In this document: positions 51,410 through 60,009 of the stretch, one piece after another
Position numbering within the stretch: position 1 is the first letter of the stretch
How the letters are laid out: each line of letters starts with the position of its first letter
From: an uncultured Acidobacteriaceae bacterium
Lineage (GTDB): Bacteria > Acidobacteriota > Terriglobia > Terriglobales > Acidobacteriaceae
Reading direction: 5' to 3'
Length of the DNA stretch: 64,000 nt
Assembly: GCA_963791445.1 (NCBI GenBank)
Contig: CAWBSN010000026.1
Coordinates: forward strand, 22,635 to 86,634
Notes under the pieces: model-generated
The model's input: the letters and a program-made list of their open reading frames with translations, nothing else
Told to the model about the DNA's origin: nothing
Database searches by the model: none
Program-made: the position numbers and the translations under genes

Positions 51410-53197
51410 TTGGCTGAATATCAAAATCCTCAACAAGAGCCCGGCTCCGAGCGCCGGCTTCTCATCGTCGTTGTTCTGACGTTCGTCGTCCTCGTCGTCT
51501 CGCAAGCGTTGCTCAAGAAGTACGCGCCAGCCCCGACTGAGCCAGCGCAAAATAAAACCGCACAAACGCAGCCGGTGATCACACCGCCTCCGTCTGCTCC
51601 CGCGGCGATAATCCCCAAGCTTCCATCCTCCACGGTCACGAAACAGGCGTCCACCGAGACTGAAACCGTCATCGAGAACGATCTGTACAAAATCACCTTT
51701 ACCAACCGCGGCGCTCAGGTCAAGTCCTGGATCCTCAAAAAGTTCGACAACGACGCCCAGAACGGGCCGCTCGAATTAGTCAATGCCGCCGCCGCACAAA
51801 AATTCGGTTACCCGCTCTCGCTATGGACCTACGACGAAACTCTGCGCAATCGCCTCAGCTCCGCGCTCTACGTAGCTTCAAACGAAGGCAATCTCACGGC
51901 CCCAGCCACGATCACCTTCGAATACGCCGACCAGGATCTCGTCGTCCGCAAGACCTTCCATTTCGACCACACCTACGTCCTCAACGTCGAAACCTCAGTC
52001 CTCTACAAAGGCGCTGAAATCTTTGCCCCGCCCGCCTGGCCCGCCGGATTCGGTGACCAGGTCACGCCCGCGTCCTACGGCGCCTCCGGCATCGACTATC
52101 ACAACGACGCCTCCACCGAACGCAGCGGCTACATCTTCTTTCCGACTTACGTGACGCGCCTTACCGTCAAGGCCATCAGCGGCGGCAACACCATCAAAGG
52201 TCCATTCGAGTGGGCCGGCACCGGCGACCAATACTTCACCGCTATCTTTATTCCCAACGATCCCGCCTCAGCTGCCATGGTCACGCTCCACAACTCCATG
52301 GAGATTCCGCAGAAGCCGGGCCTCAACCCTATCGGCGCCGGCTCCAAAGACACCGCCAACGTAGATCTCCTCGGCGCGGCCGTCGGCGACCTCCGCGGCC
52401 CAACCACCCAGCGCATGTATGTCGGCCCCAAAGAGATCGCCGTCCTCGATGCCGTTCCGGTACCTACCATCAAGAACGACAGCCCCGATCTTCGCGGTAT
52501 CGTCAACTACGGCTGGTGGGGTATCCTCGCGCGCCCGCTCTTCCTCTGGCTCAAGTGGACCTACAACCATATCGTCCACAACTGGGGATGGGCCATCGTC
52601 ATTCAAACTTTCATCATCACCATCCTGCTGCTCCCGCTGCGCATCACCCAGATGAAGTCGATGCTGAAGATGCAGCGCATCCAACCCCAGATCAAAAACA
52701 TTCAGGAGAAATACAAGAAGTACAGCCTGCGCGATCCCCGTAAAGCCGCCATGAACGAAGAGATCAGCGGACTCTATAAGAAGGAAGGCGTAAATCCCGC
52801 CGGCGGCTGTCTGCCTGTTATCATTCAGTTCCCGTTCCTGATCGCTTACTACAGAATGTTGGGCGTAGCTCTCGAACTCCGCCACGCCCACTGGCTCTGG
52901 ATCACGGACTTGTCCGCGTCGGATTGGGTCCTGCCGCTCTTGATGGTAGTCAGCATGGTCGTAATGCAGCGCATGACCCCGCAAGCCGGCATGGATCCCG
53001 CCCAGCAGAAAATGATGACGATCATGATGCCATTGTTTATGGGCTTCATCTTCTTTAAGCTGGCCGCAGGCTTGAATCTCTATTACACCGAGAGCAACCT
53101 GATTTCGATCGCGCAACAAGCAGTAATGAACCGCACCAAGCTAGGCCGCGAAATGCGCGAAATGATGGAAAAACGCGCCCGCAAGAAAGAGAAGTAA
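51410..53197 (+). CDS. yidC: Membrane protein insertase YidC
   Basis: TTG start follows AAGGAAG. 595 aa with a large periplasmic domain and a conserved C-terminal 5-TM core (…GWAIVIQTFIITILLLPL…MMPLFMGFIFFKLAAGLNLYY…). Confidence 0.95.
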   Translation: MAEYQNPQQEPGSERRLLIVVVLTFVVLVVSQALLKKYAPAPTEPAQNKTAQTQPVITPPPSAPAAIIPKLPSSTVTKQASTETETVIENDLYKITFTNRGAQVKSWILKKFDNDAQNGPLELVNAAAAQKFGYPLSLWTYDETLRNRLSSALYVASNEGNLTAPATITFEYADQDLVVRKTFHFDHTYVLNVETSVLYKGAEIFAPPAWPAGFGDQVTPASYGASGIDYHNDASTERSGYIFFPTYVTRLTVKAISGGNTIKGPFEWAGTGDQYFTAIFIPNDPASAAMVTLHNSMEIPQKPGLNPIGAGSKDTANVDLLGAAVGDLRGPTTQRMYVGPKEIAVLDAVPVPTIKNDSPDLRGIVNYGWWGILARPLFLWLKWTYNHIVHNWGWAIVIQTFIITILLLPLRITQMKSMLKMQRIQPQIKNIQEKYKKYSLRDPRKAAMNEEISGLYKKEGVNPAGGCLPVIIQFPFLIAYYRMLGVALELRHAHWLWITDLSASDWVLPLLMVVSMVVMQRMTPQAGMDPAQQKMMTIMMPLFMGFIFFKLAAGLNLYYTESNLISIAQQAVMNRTKLGREMREMMEKRARKKEK

Positions 53198-53201
53198 AGA
53201 T

Positions 53202-53265
53202 TTACCCTGTGAACCCCTGTGCCCGGAGCCTGCCCTGAGCGAAGCCGAAGGGTGTTTAAGGTTTT
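53202..53265 (+). repeat. TTACCCTGTG-type module interrupted by a GAGCCTGCCC module
   Basis: TTACCCTGTGAACCCCTGTGCCC | GGAGCCTGCCCTGAGCGAAGCCGAAGGG | TGTTTAAGG. Uninterrupted copies are at 58605 and 61767. Confidence 0.65.
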
Positions 53266-53297
53266 AAAGGTTTAGTTGTAGAAGCGAGAGCCGCCCT

Positions 53298-53822
53298 ATG
53301 GATAAACTAGCCGCCGCCAACCGCATCAACGAATTCCTCCAATCCGTAGTCACCAACGGAGGACTTCACCTAAAGTACCGCATAGTAGTCGACCCTCCAG
53401 CGCCCACCGACTGGGAGAAGCCAGAAATCTTCGTGGATTTCTCCGGCCCAGATTCCACTCTGCTCCTCGATCGCGGCGCCGAACTTCTCCGCGCCCTCGA
53501 ACTCCTGGCCTTCGAAATCCTCCATCTTCCGTCCGCCGAACACGAAAAGATTTCTTTCGACTGCAAGAACCAGCGTTCCATCCGCCTACAGGAACTTCGC
53601 ATGGCCGCGACCGTCGCCGCCGAAAAAGTTCGCCAGACCGGAACCCCGTTTCATTTCGCTCCCATGTCCTCGCGCGAGCGCCGCATCGTCCACCTCGCCC
53701 TGCGCGATCAAACCGACCTCCGCACCGAAAGCGACGGCGAAGGCTTCAACCGCTGCGTAGTCCTCTACCCCGCAGACTACAAACCCGCCACCAGCAAGCC
53801 ATCCCGCCGCACCCTCCCGTAG
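53298..53822 (+). CDS. jag: Jag/KhpB-like KH + R3H RNA-binding protein
   Basis: The position after yidC and the R3H region (…FHFAPMSSRERRIVHLAL…) fit. Confidence 0.8.
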   Translation: MDKLAAANRINEFLQSVVTNGGLHLKYRIVVDPPAPTDWEKPEIFVDFSGPDSTLLLDRGAELLRALELLAFEILHLPSAEHEKISFDCKNQRSIRLQELRMAATVAAEKVRQTGTPFHFAPMSSRERRIVHLALRDQTDLRTESDGEGFNRCVVLYPADYKPATSKPSRRTLP

Positions 53823-53839
53823 CTATCTTCATCGCCCCT

Positions 53840-53902
53840 GTCATCCTGAGCGGAGACACGCGGCCCGCGGAGCGGACCGCGTGTCGGAGTCGAAGGATCC
53901 CT
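53840..53902 (+). repeat. GTCATCC-type hairpin repeat
   Basis: GTCATCCTGAGCGGA-GACACGCGGCCCGC-GGA-GCGGACCGCGTGTC-GGAGTCGAAGGATCCCT, 18 nt after the jag stop. Confidence 0.8.
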
Positions 53903-54017
53903 ACCAGCTTGCACCAAGGCCGCCTCCGCAAGGCATTTCCACCGCGGGCTCTGTCTTGCGTCTGACCCGCTCCCACAGGCAAAATAGATCGCACCACCGA
54001 CTCCACCCAGAGGCCCC

Positions 54018-56159
54018 ATGCATCTAGCTCGCCACGCGACAATTCTGTTTTCATTACTCTCAGTCATGACCCTATTCCCCGCCGCGCAATCCGCCCCGCT
54101 CACTTACCCTCAAGCCCGCCGCAGCGACCAGGTCGATGACTACCATGGCACCAAGGTCGCCGACCCTTACCGCTGGCTCGAGGACACCGACTCCGCCGAA
54201 ACTCACGCCTGGGTCGAAGCCGAAAACAAACTAACCTTCGGCTACCTCGATCAGCTCCCCTACCGTCAGGCCATCCGCGACCGCCTCACCAAACTTTGGA
54301 ACTACGAGCGCTTCACCACTCCCAGCCAGTTTGGCGGACGCTACTTCTACATGCACAACACCGGACTTCAGCAGCAGAACGTCCTCTTCGTCGCCGAATC
54401 CCTCAACGCCGAGCCCCGCGTCCTGCTCGATCCCAACACGCTTTCTCCCGATGGCACCGTCGCGCTGGCCGGTGACGCCATCTCCGACGACGGCAAACTC
54501 ATGGCCTACGCCATCGCCACTTCCGGTTCCGACTGGACCGAGTGGCACGTCCGCGACATCGACACCGGAAAAGATCTCCCCGACGATCTCAAGTGGGTGA
54601 AGTTCTCCGGCGCATCCTGGACCAAAGACAACCAGGGTTTCTTTTACAGCCGCTACGACGAACCCACCGGCGCCACCATGCGCGACACCAATTATTTTCA
54701 AAAGCTCTACTATCACCGCCTGGGCACCGCGCAATCCACAGACAAACTGATCTACGAACGTCCCGATAACAAAGAAATGTTGTTCGGAGGCAGCGTCACC
54801 GATGACGGCCACTATCTGATCATCCACGTCTCCGAAGGCACGTCGCCCAAGAACCGCCTCTATTACAAAGACCTCACCCAACCGGATTCCCAGGTAGTAA
54901 AGCTCCTCGACGACTTCGACGCGCAATACATATTCATCGATAACGACGGTCCCGTCTTCTGGTTCCAGACCGATCTCGACGCTCCCCGCGGACGCCTGAT
55001 CGCCATCGACACCCGCCATCCCGAACGCATCAACTGGAAAACCGTAGTTCCCCAGAGCGTCGACAAGCTGGAGTTCTCAAACGTCGTGAACAATTCATTT
55101 CTTCTGGGATATCTGAAAGATGCCCGCACCGAAGTCCGCGTCTACGACTTGAGCGGAACGTTCCTCCACAACGTCGATCTGCCCGGCATCGGCACCGCCG
55201 CAGGTTTCGGCGGCAAACGCAAAGACAAAGAAACTTTCTACGCCTTCACCAGCTTCATCTCTCCCGCCACCGTCTATCGCTACGATCTCGAAGCCGCCAA
55301 GAGCGCCATCTTCCGCCAGCCCAAAGGTCGATTTCGATTCCAGCCTCTACGAAACCAAACAAGTTTTCTACGCCAGCAAAGACGGCACTCGCGTCCCCAT
55401 GTTCCTGACCTACAAGAAAGGATTAAAGCTCGACGGACAAAACCCCGTCCTGCTCTATGCCTACGGCGGATTCGACATCTCTCTCACTCCAGCCTTCTCC
55501 GTCCCGAATATAGTCTGGCTGGAAATGGGAGGAATCTACGCTCAGCCCAACCTGCGCGGCGGCGGTGAATACGGCGAAGAGTGGCATCAGGCGGGCATGA
55601 AACTGAAAAAGCAAAACGTATTCGACGACTTCATCGCCGCCGCCGAATGGCTCATCGCCAACAAGTACACGTCAACGCCAAAACTGGCAATCCGCGGCGG
55701 CAGCAACGGAGGCCTGCTCATCGGCGCCTGCGTAACTCAGCGCCCCGATCTCTTCGGCGCAACCTTACCCGAAGTCGGCGTCATGGACATGCTGCGCTTC
55801 CAGAAATTCACCATAGGCTGGGCCTGGACCAGCGACTACGGCTCCTCCGACGATCGCCGAGGAATTCAAAGCCCTCTACGCCTACTCCCCGCTGCACAAC
55901 CTGAAGCCAGGAACAAAATATCCGCCCACGTTAATCGCAACTTCCGACCACGATGACCGCGTAGTCCCCGGCCACAGCTTCAAATTCGCCGCGACCATGC
56001 AAGCCGATCAAGCCGGCCCAGCCCCGATCTTGATTCGCATCGAGACGAAAGCCGGCCACGGCGCCGGCAAATCCATTACAAAGCTGATCGACGAAACCGC
56101 CGACACCTGGTGCATTCCTGGCCCACAACCTGGACATGAAGGTAGCCCTGCAACAGTAG
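54018..56159 (+). CDS. Prolyl oligopeptidase (S9A) family serine peptidase, three frame breaks
   Basis: Signal peptide. …[17 protein letters not shown]…, catalytic GGSNGGLL, …SDHDDRV…H. Breaks are at the AAA run 55323-55325, about 55855-55860, and about 56111. The reconstructed end is …[21 protein letters not shown] with TAG at 56157-56159. Confidence 0.85.
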
Positions 56160-56184
56160 CGCCGCCGCGCCGGCGACCAGAATG

Positions 56185-56335
56185 CTCATGTGGGGACAGC
56201 CGCCTTCGGCTGTCCAGCGAGCGAAGCGAGCCAGTCTCCACCTCACCCATCCCGTTGTCATCCTGAGCGAAGTGGCTGGTCCGCGAAAGCGAACCAGCCA
56301 CGCAGTCGAAGGATCCCTAGCAGCTCAAATGCACC
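56185..56335 (+). repeat. ~150-bp composite repeat (GGACAGCCG hairpin module + GTCATCC hairpin module), copy 1
   Basis: About 95% identical to 57047-57196. Contains GGACAGCCG-CCTT-CGGCTGTCC and GTCATCCTGAGCGAAG-GTGGCTGGTCCGC-GAAA-GCGAACCAGCCAC-GCAGTCGAAGGATCCCT. Confidence 0.85.
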
Positions 56336-56354
56336 GGGGCCCCGCTCCAGATTT

Positions 56355-56394
56355 GTCATCCTGAGGCCCGCGCTTTTCGCGGGCCGAAGGACCT
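56355..56394 (+). repeat. GTCATCC-type repeat, compact variant
   Basis: GTCATCCTGAG-GCCCGCG-CTTTT-CGCGGGC-CGAAGGACCT. Confidence 0.7.
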
Positions 56395-56567
56395 ATGCAC
56401 CTGCCTGCACAACCCGCGGCTCCGCCAGCATTCTCCCCGTGACGCCAGCTCAGGAAGCCTTCCCACATATCGCGAAGTAGAGTGCATTCCCGCTAGCCAC
56501 AGTTACTGTCGTAAGCCGCAGTTCCGGCACGAGAATGGTGTAATTCCCAAAGGGAGCGCCCGAACCC

Positions 56568-57014
56568 ATGCCTCGCTGTCCAGATTGCACACGTGATCTT
56601 CCACCTTTCCAAACACTCTGTTCAGAGTGCTACGAGGCGAGCTATGCCGAGGTAAGTCGCCCGAAGTCCCTTTTGCAATCGATTCGACAATACGGATCGA
56701 ATCCGCGAAGACAGCAGGTAATAAAAGATCGAATCAATGCGCAGCCCTGGTGGGTTGCGTGGTGTCTTGCTGTTATCGGCCTCGGACTTGACTGGCGTTG
56801 CGCGTTCGACTGGTTCGCCGGAAAGAGTCCTTTTTACTCCGAGCTTGTCCTCGGTAGAGCATTGCTGATAGTGCTGGCGTGTGCCGGCATTTCTTTGTTG
56901 GCGACGCGCTCCATCCGGGAACGAAGATTCCTGGTCGCCTCGGTATTTTTCTGTGCGCTCTCCGTCGAGCTATACCGCTTCCTAAGCAACGGCTGGATCG
57001 CCCACCGCCGATAA
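56568..57014 (+). CDS. Hypothetical membrane protein with an N-terminal zinc-ribbon-like CxxC…CxxC
   Basis: MPRCPDCTRDLPPFQTLCSECYE…, then about 3 TM segments. Flanked by the 150-bp direct repeats. Confidence 0.45.
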   Translation: MPRCPDCTRDLPPFQTLCSECYEASYAEVSRPKSLLQSIRQYGSNPRRQQVIKDRINAQPWWVAWCLAVIGLGLDWRCAFDWFAGKSPFYSELVLGRALLIVLACAGISLLATRSIRERRFLVASVFFCALSVELYRFLSNGWIAHRR

Positions 57015-57046
57015 GTCATCCTTGTAAGAGCGCTGCCGTAAGAGAA

Positions 57047-57196
57047 CTCATGTGGGGACAGCCGCCTTCGGCTGTCCAGCGAGCGAAGCGAGCCAGCCTC
57101 CACCTCACCCATCCGGTTGTCATCCTGAGCGAAGTGGCTGGTTCGCGAAGCGAACCAGCCACGCAGTCGAAGGATCCCTAGCCGTTCAAATGCGCC
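57047..57196 (+). repeat. ~150-bp composite repeat, copy 2
   Basis: Same order of modules as 56185-56335. Here the stem GTGGCTGGTTCGC-GAA-GCGAACCAGCCAC is perfect. Confidence 0.85.
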
Positions 57197-57254
57197 CTCG
57201 GCTCCGCAAGGCATTCTCTCTGTGCGCGGACAGCTCGTATGCTATCGTGGGCGG

Positions 57255-57706
57255 GTGCATTCTCATCCGCCGAAGCGCGTGGCTGGATTCATTCTTTGTA
57301 CCTTCGTCTACGTAATTAGTACGGCGCCTATTTGGGCACAAGACTCCAAGGCGGACAACGCAAAGCAAGACGGCCAACGGCTACCCTCCCGCTGTGTACA
57401 TGCATTTTTACCTCGGATGTCCCGGCGATAAGCCGTGCACCCAAGCAGAGAATTTTCGTGTCGATCCGGTGCCAAAAGGTTGCTGCGTGTTAACCGTCAC
57501 GAACGGCGACGGTCAAGGCGGAGACGAAGTCAGCAGCTATGAAGTATTCCTCAACGGTGAGCGAGTGCTTCCACCCGGCAGAGGCAGAAATGTTCAAGCA
57601 GCGGTGAAGATACCGCAAAGACAATACCCTGAAGGTGATTCTTACTGGGGGACCGCATTCCAAAGTCTTCATTGTAGTCGCGTATGACCCACGCGAGTCG
57701 AAGTGA
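57255..57706 (+). CDS. Possible small secreted protein spread over three frames (two putative frame breaks)
   Basis: Signal-like VAGFILCTFVYVISTAPIWAQ (GTG 57255). Then …YMHFYLGCPGDKPC…CCVLTVTNGDGQGGDEVSSYEVFLNGERV… (57394 frame). Then NTLKVILTGGPHSKVFIVVAYDPRESK, ending TGA 57704-57706. Confidence 0.3.
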
Positions 57707-57775
57707 TCGCCTGCAGGCCAACGACAGGCCGTGATAAAATAACTGCCGCGATCGTGATCGTAATTGATGCCGGGC

Positions 57776-58288
57776 TCACCGTCCCTCATCCGCCGAAGGC
57801 CCATACACCGAAGGCACCGCCACATCATTCAACCGCAAATAAACTCCCAACTGCGCCCGATGATGGATCACATGATTCATCATCATCCGCCGCATCGCCC
57901 CGAACCGCGATCCGTCATAAAACTTTCTCTCACCCGCCGAGAGCGTCCACTTCCCAGCCCAACGTTCATCACTGGCGCCCGCAATCGCAGCCCGCGCCGC
58001 CGCAACATTCTTGTCAAACAATTCCAGCACATGCTTCTGCGACTCCGCCACGTTCGGCTTCCGTGGCGGCTCTCCAGCCGGACGCTTGGCAAAATCCAGA
58101 GCATCCTCTTTCATCACACTCACTCCCATGCCCGGCAGCTCCGCAATATGGCCGGCCAGCCGTCCCAGCGTCATCGACTTCTCATGCGGCTTCCAAGCCA
58201 GCTTATCCTCCGGAATCCGTTCCAAAGTCCGCCGCGCCGCCGCCATCTCCAAATCAAACTCCGGCAAAAACTCCGCACTAACGCTCAT
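57776..58288 (-). CDS. DinB-family (four-helix-bundle) protein
   Basis: ATG 58288 follows GAGGAGGG. …LAGHIAE…HVIHHRAQL… pattern. Confidence 0.75.
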   Translation of the reverse strand: MSVSAEFLPEFDLEMAAARRTLERIPEDKLAWKPHEKSMTLGRLAGHIAELPGMGVSVMKEDALDFAKRPAGEPPRKPNVAESQKHVLELFDKNVAAARAAIAGASDERWAGKWTLSAGERKFYDGSRFGAMRRMMMNHVIHHRAQLGVYLRLNDVAVPSVYGPSADEGR

Positions 58289-58604
58289 AACACCCTCCTC
58301 ACACACCGCTTTGGATGTGATGCACGACAATTCGCTTCTCTAAAGTTTGTCAGGCAGAAATTCTGGACAAGAACCCCACTGGGCCAGCTCAGCAAACAGA
58401 AATCAGGATTTCCACGCAACCGAACCAGCCGCGGAACCACCAGGACGCTCCACTATTACCAACCAGGTTCGCACCGAAATTCAACCGGGCCGGCGACAAG
58501 AAATTCCACTTCAATCCCATCAAGCCCCAGACAACCGATGAAACAACGTAGTAAATCGGCAACCAATCCCACCAGTTAACCACTAAGATTCGTATCAATC
58601 CGAA

Positions 58605-58643
58605 TTACCCTGTGTGCCTCTGTGCCCCCTGTGTTAAAGGGTT
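58605..58643 (+). repeat. TTACCCTGTG-type repeat module
   Basis: TTACCCTGTGTGCCTCTGTGCCCCCTGTGTTAAAGGGTTT. Confidence 0.6.
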
Positions 58644-58652
58644 TCTCTCTCC

Positions 58653-58683
58653 AAAGAAAAAAGAGCGGCCGCAAAGCCGCTCT
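58653..58683 (-). terminator. Intrinsic terminator of the 58714..59106 gene
   Basis: AGAGCGGC-N6-GCCGCTCT, followed on the minus strand by TTTTTTCTTTGG. Confidence 0.65.
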
Positions 58684-58713
58684 CAATAGAACTGGGTATC
58701 CAGGTACTGGCAA

Positions 58714-59106
58714 CTACCTCCCGGCAGCCGCTCCCGCAGCAGCCGGAATCACCCCCGCAATCGCCATCCCTTCAATCCGCGCCACAACATTCTCCACGCT
58801 GGCCCCGGTATCCGTGCAAGCATCCACATAAGGATGCCGGCTTCCATCCGCGTGCATCACCAGCACGCTAACCTCGGCCTGCGCCTTCTTCACCATATAA
58901 GGTAGATGATGCCGATCATTCCGGCTCAAACTCGGACCCAGCACCACCAGGTCGAACCGACCCTTGCCAATCGCCGCTTCCACGGCCTTTCGCCCCACGG
59001 CCTTCTCCACCGTGTGCCCAGCCTTCTCCAAGGCCGCCGCCGTAACCGCCTGTTCCTCAGCATCCCCTTCACCATAAAGAATTTTCAGCTTCGCTGCTTT
59101 CGCCAT
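58714..59106 (-). CDS. Stand-alone receiver-like domain protein lacking the phospho-acceptor Asp
   Basis: MAKAAKLKILYGEGD…RFDLVVLGPSL…, with Gly where the acceptor Asp is expected. Confidence 0.5.
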   Translation of the reverse strand: MAKAAKLKILYGEGDAEEQAVTAAALEKAGHTVEKAVGRKAVEAAIGKGRFDLVVLGPSLSRNDRHHLPYMVKKAQAEVSVLVMHADGSRHPYVDACTDTGASVENVVARIEGMAIAGVIPAAAGAAAGR

Positions 59107-59272
59107 GAGTGTGTGTCCTCGCCACTCACGGTAGCAACGCCCCACCCGTCTGAGTACATCACCGAAGACCAGCAACAACCGGGGCAAATCCCTCGCTCCA
59201 GGAGCCGGAACTCAAATTTCCTTCCCCTCCGCCCATTTCGGCGCTAAACTGTTTGGCCCAGAGGGGTCTCCC

Positions 59273-59764
59273 ATGTTCCGCGCTCGCTTCGTAGTCGCCA
59301 TCCTATTCCTGCCAACTCTCACAGCCATCGGTTCGGCACAATCCGAGCCTTCCACCGCCAGCTGTAATCTCGATGACGGACGCCAGGTCTACATCCGCTA
59401 CAACCCCGTCAGCGCTAAAAGCGACAAAGCTCCCAACGGCAAGCCCTGGACGCCCGGCGGCACTCCCATGACCCTCTTCACCGAGGCCCCACTCGCCTTC
59501 GGCGGCGTAACCATCCCTCTCGGCGCCTACACCGTTTACCCCATTCCCGAAAAAGGCAAATGGACTCTCGCCGTCAACAAAAACGTAACCCCCGGCTCCG
59601 CCTACGACGAGAAGCAGGACCTCGCCCGCTCTCAAATGGAAACCGATCAAGTCTCCGACGCGGCCGACACACTAGAGGTCGCTTTCGCGCACTACAACAC
59701 CAAATGCACTCTCCGCATCTACTTCGGCAAAGTAGCCTCCTTCGCCGACTTCATCGCCAAGTAG
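59273..59764 (+). CDS. DUF2911-like secreted protein
   Basis: Signal peptide. …VTIPLGAYTVYPIPEKGKWTLAVNKN… pattern. Confidence 0.65.
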   Translation: MFRARFVVAILFLPTLTAIGSAQSEPSTASCNLDDGRQVYIRYNPVSAKSDKAPNGKPWTPGGTPMTLFTEAPLAFGGVTIPLGAYTVYPIPEKGKWTLAVNKNVTPGSAYDEKQDLARSQMETDQVSDAADTLEVAFAHYNTKCTLRIYFGKVASFADFIAK

Positions 59765-59792
59765 CTGGGTTCGCAACCAACAATAAAGCACT

Positions 59793-59852
59793 GTCATCCT
59801 GAGCGGAGGAAGCGCTTAAGCGAAGCGCAAGCGCTTACGGAGAGAATGACCC
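59793..59852 (+). repeat. GTCATCC-type repeat with a degenerate 3' module
   Basis: GTCATCCTGAGCGGAGGAAGCGCTTAAGCGAAGCGCAAGCGCTTACGGAGAGAATGACCC. Confidence 0.6.
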
Positions 59853-60009
59853 AATGCACCTTGCTGCCGCCGCCGATGCCGCCCGGTGACCAAAGTCCCA
59901 TCCCCCCATTGTCCTTCCTGTCCTTGTCCCTCCCGCCATCTTCGACGAAGATGATTAGGAATTACTAACTAATACTGCAGCCCAAAGTCTCCCCCAGACT
60001 GAGAGCCTC

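Noticed and set aside
58389-58598. A 69-aa Trp-rich minus-strand ORF in the 58288-58714 spacer.
   Set aside because: It could be a small membrane protein, but it has no RBS or homology clue and overlaps equally long ORFs on the other strand.
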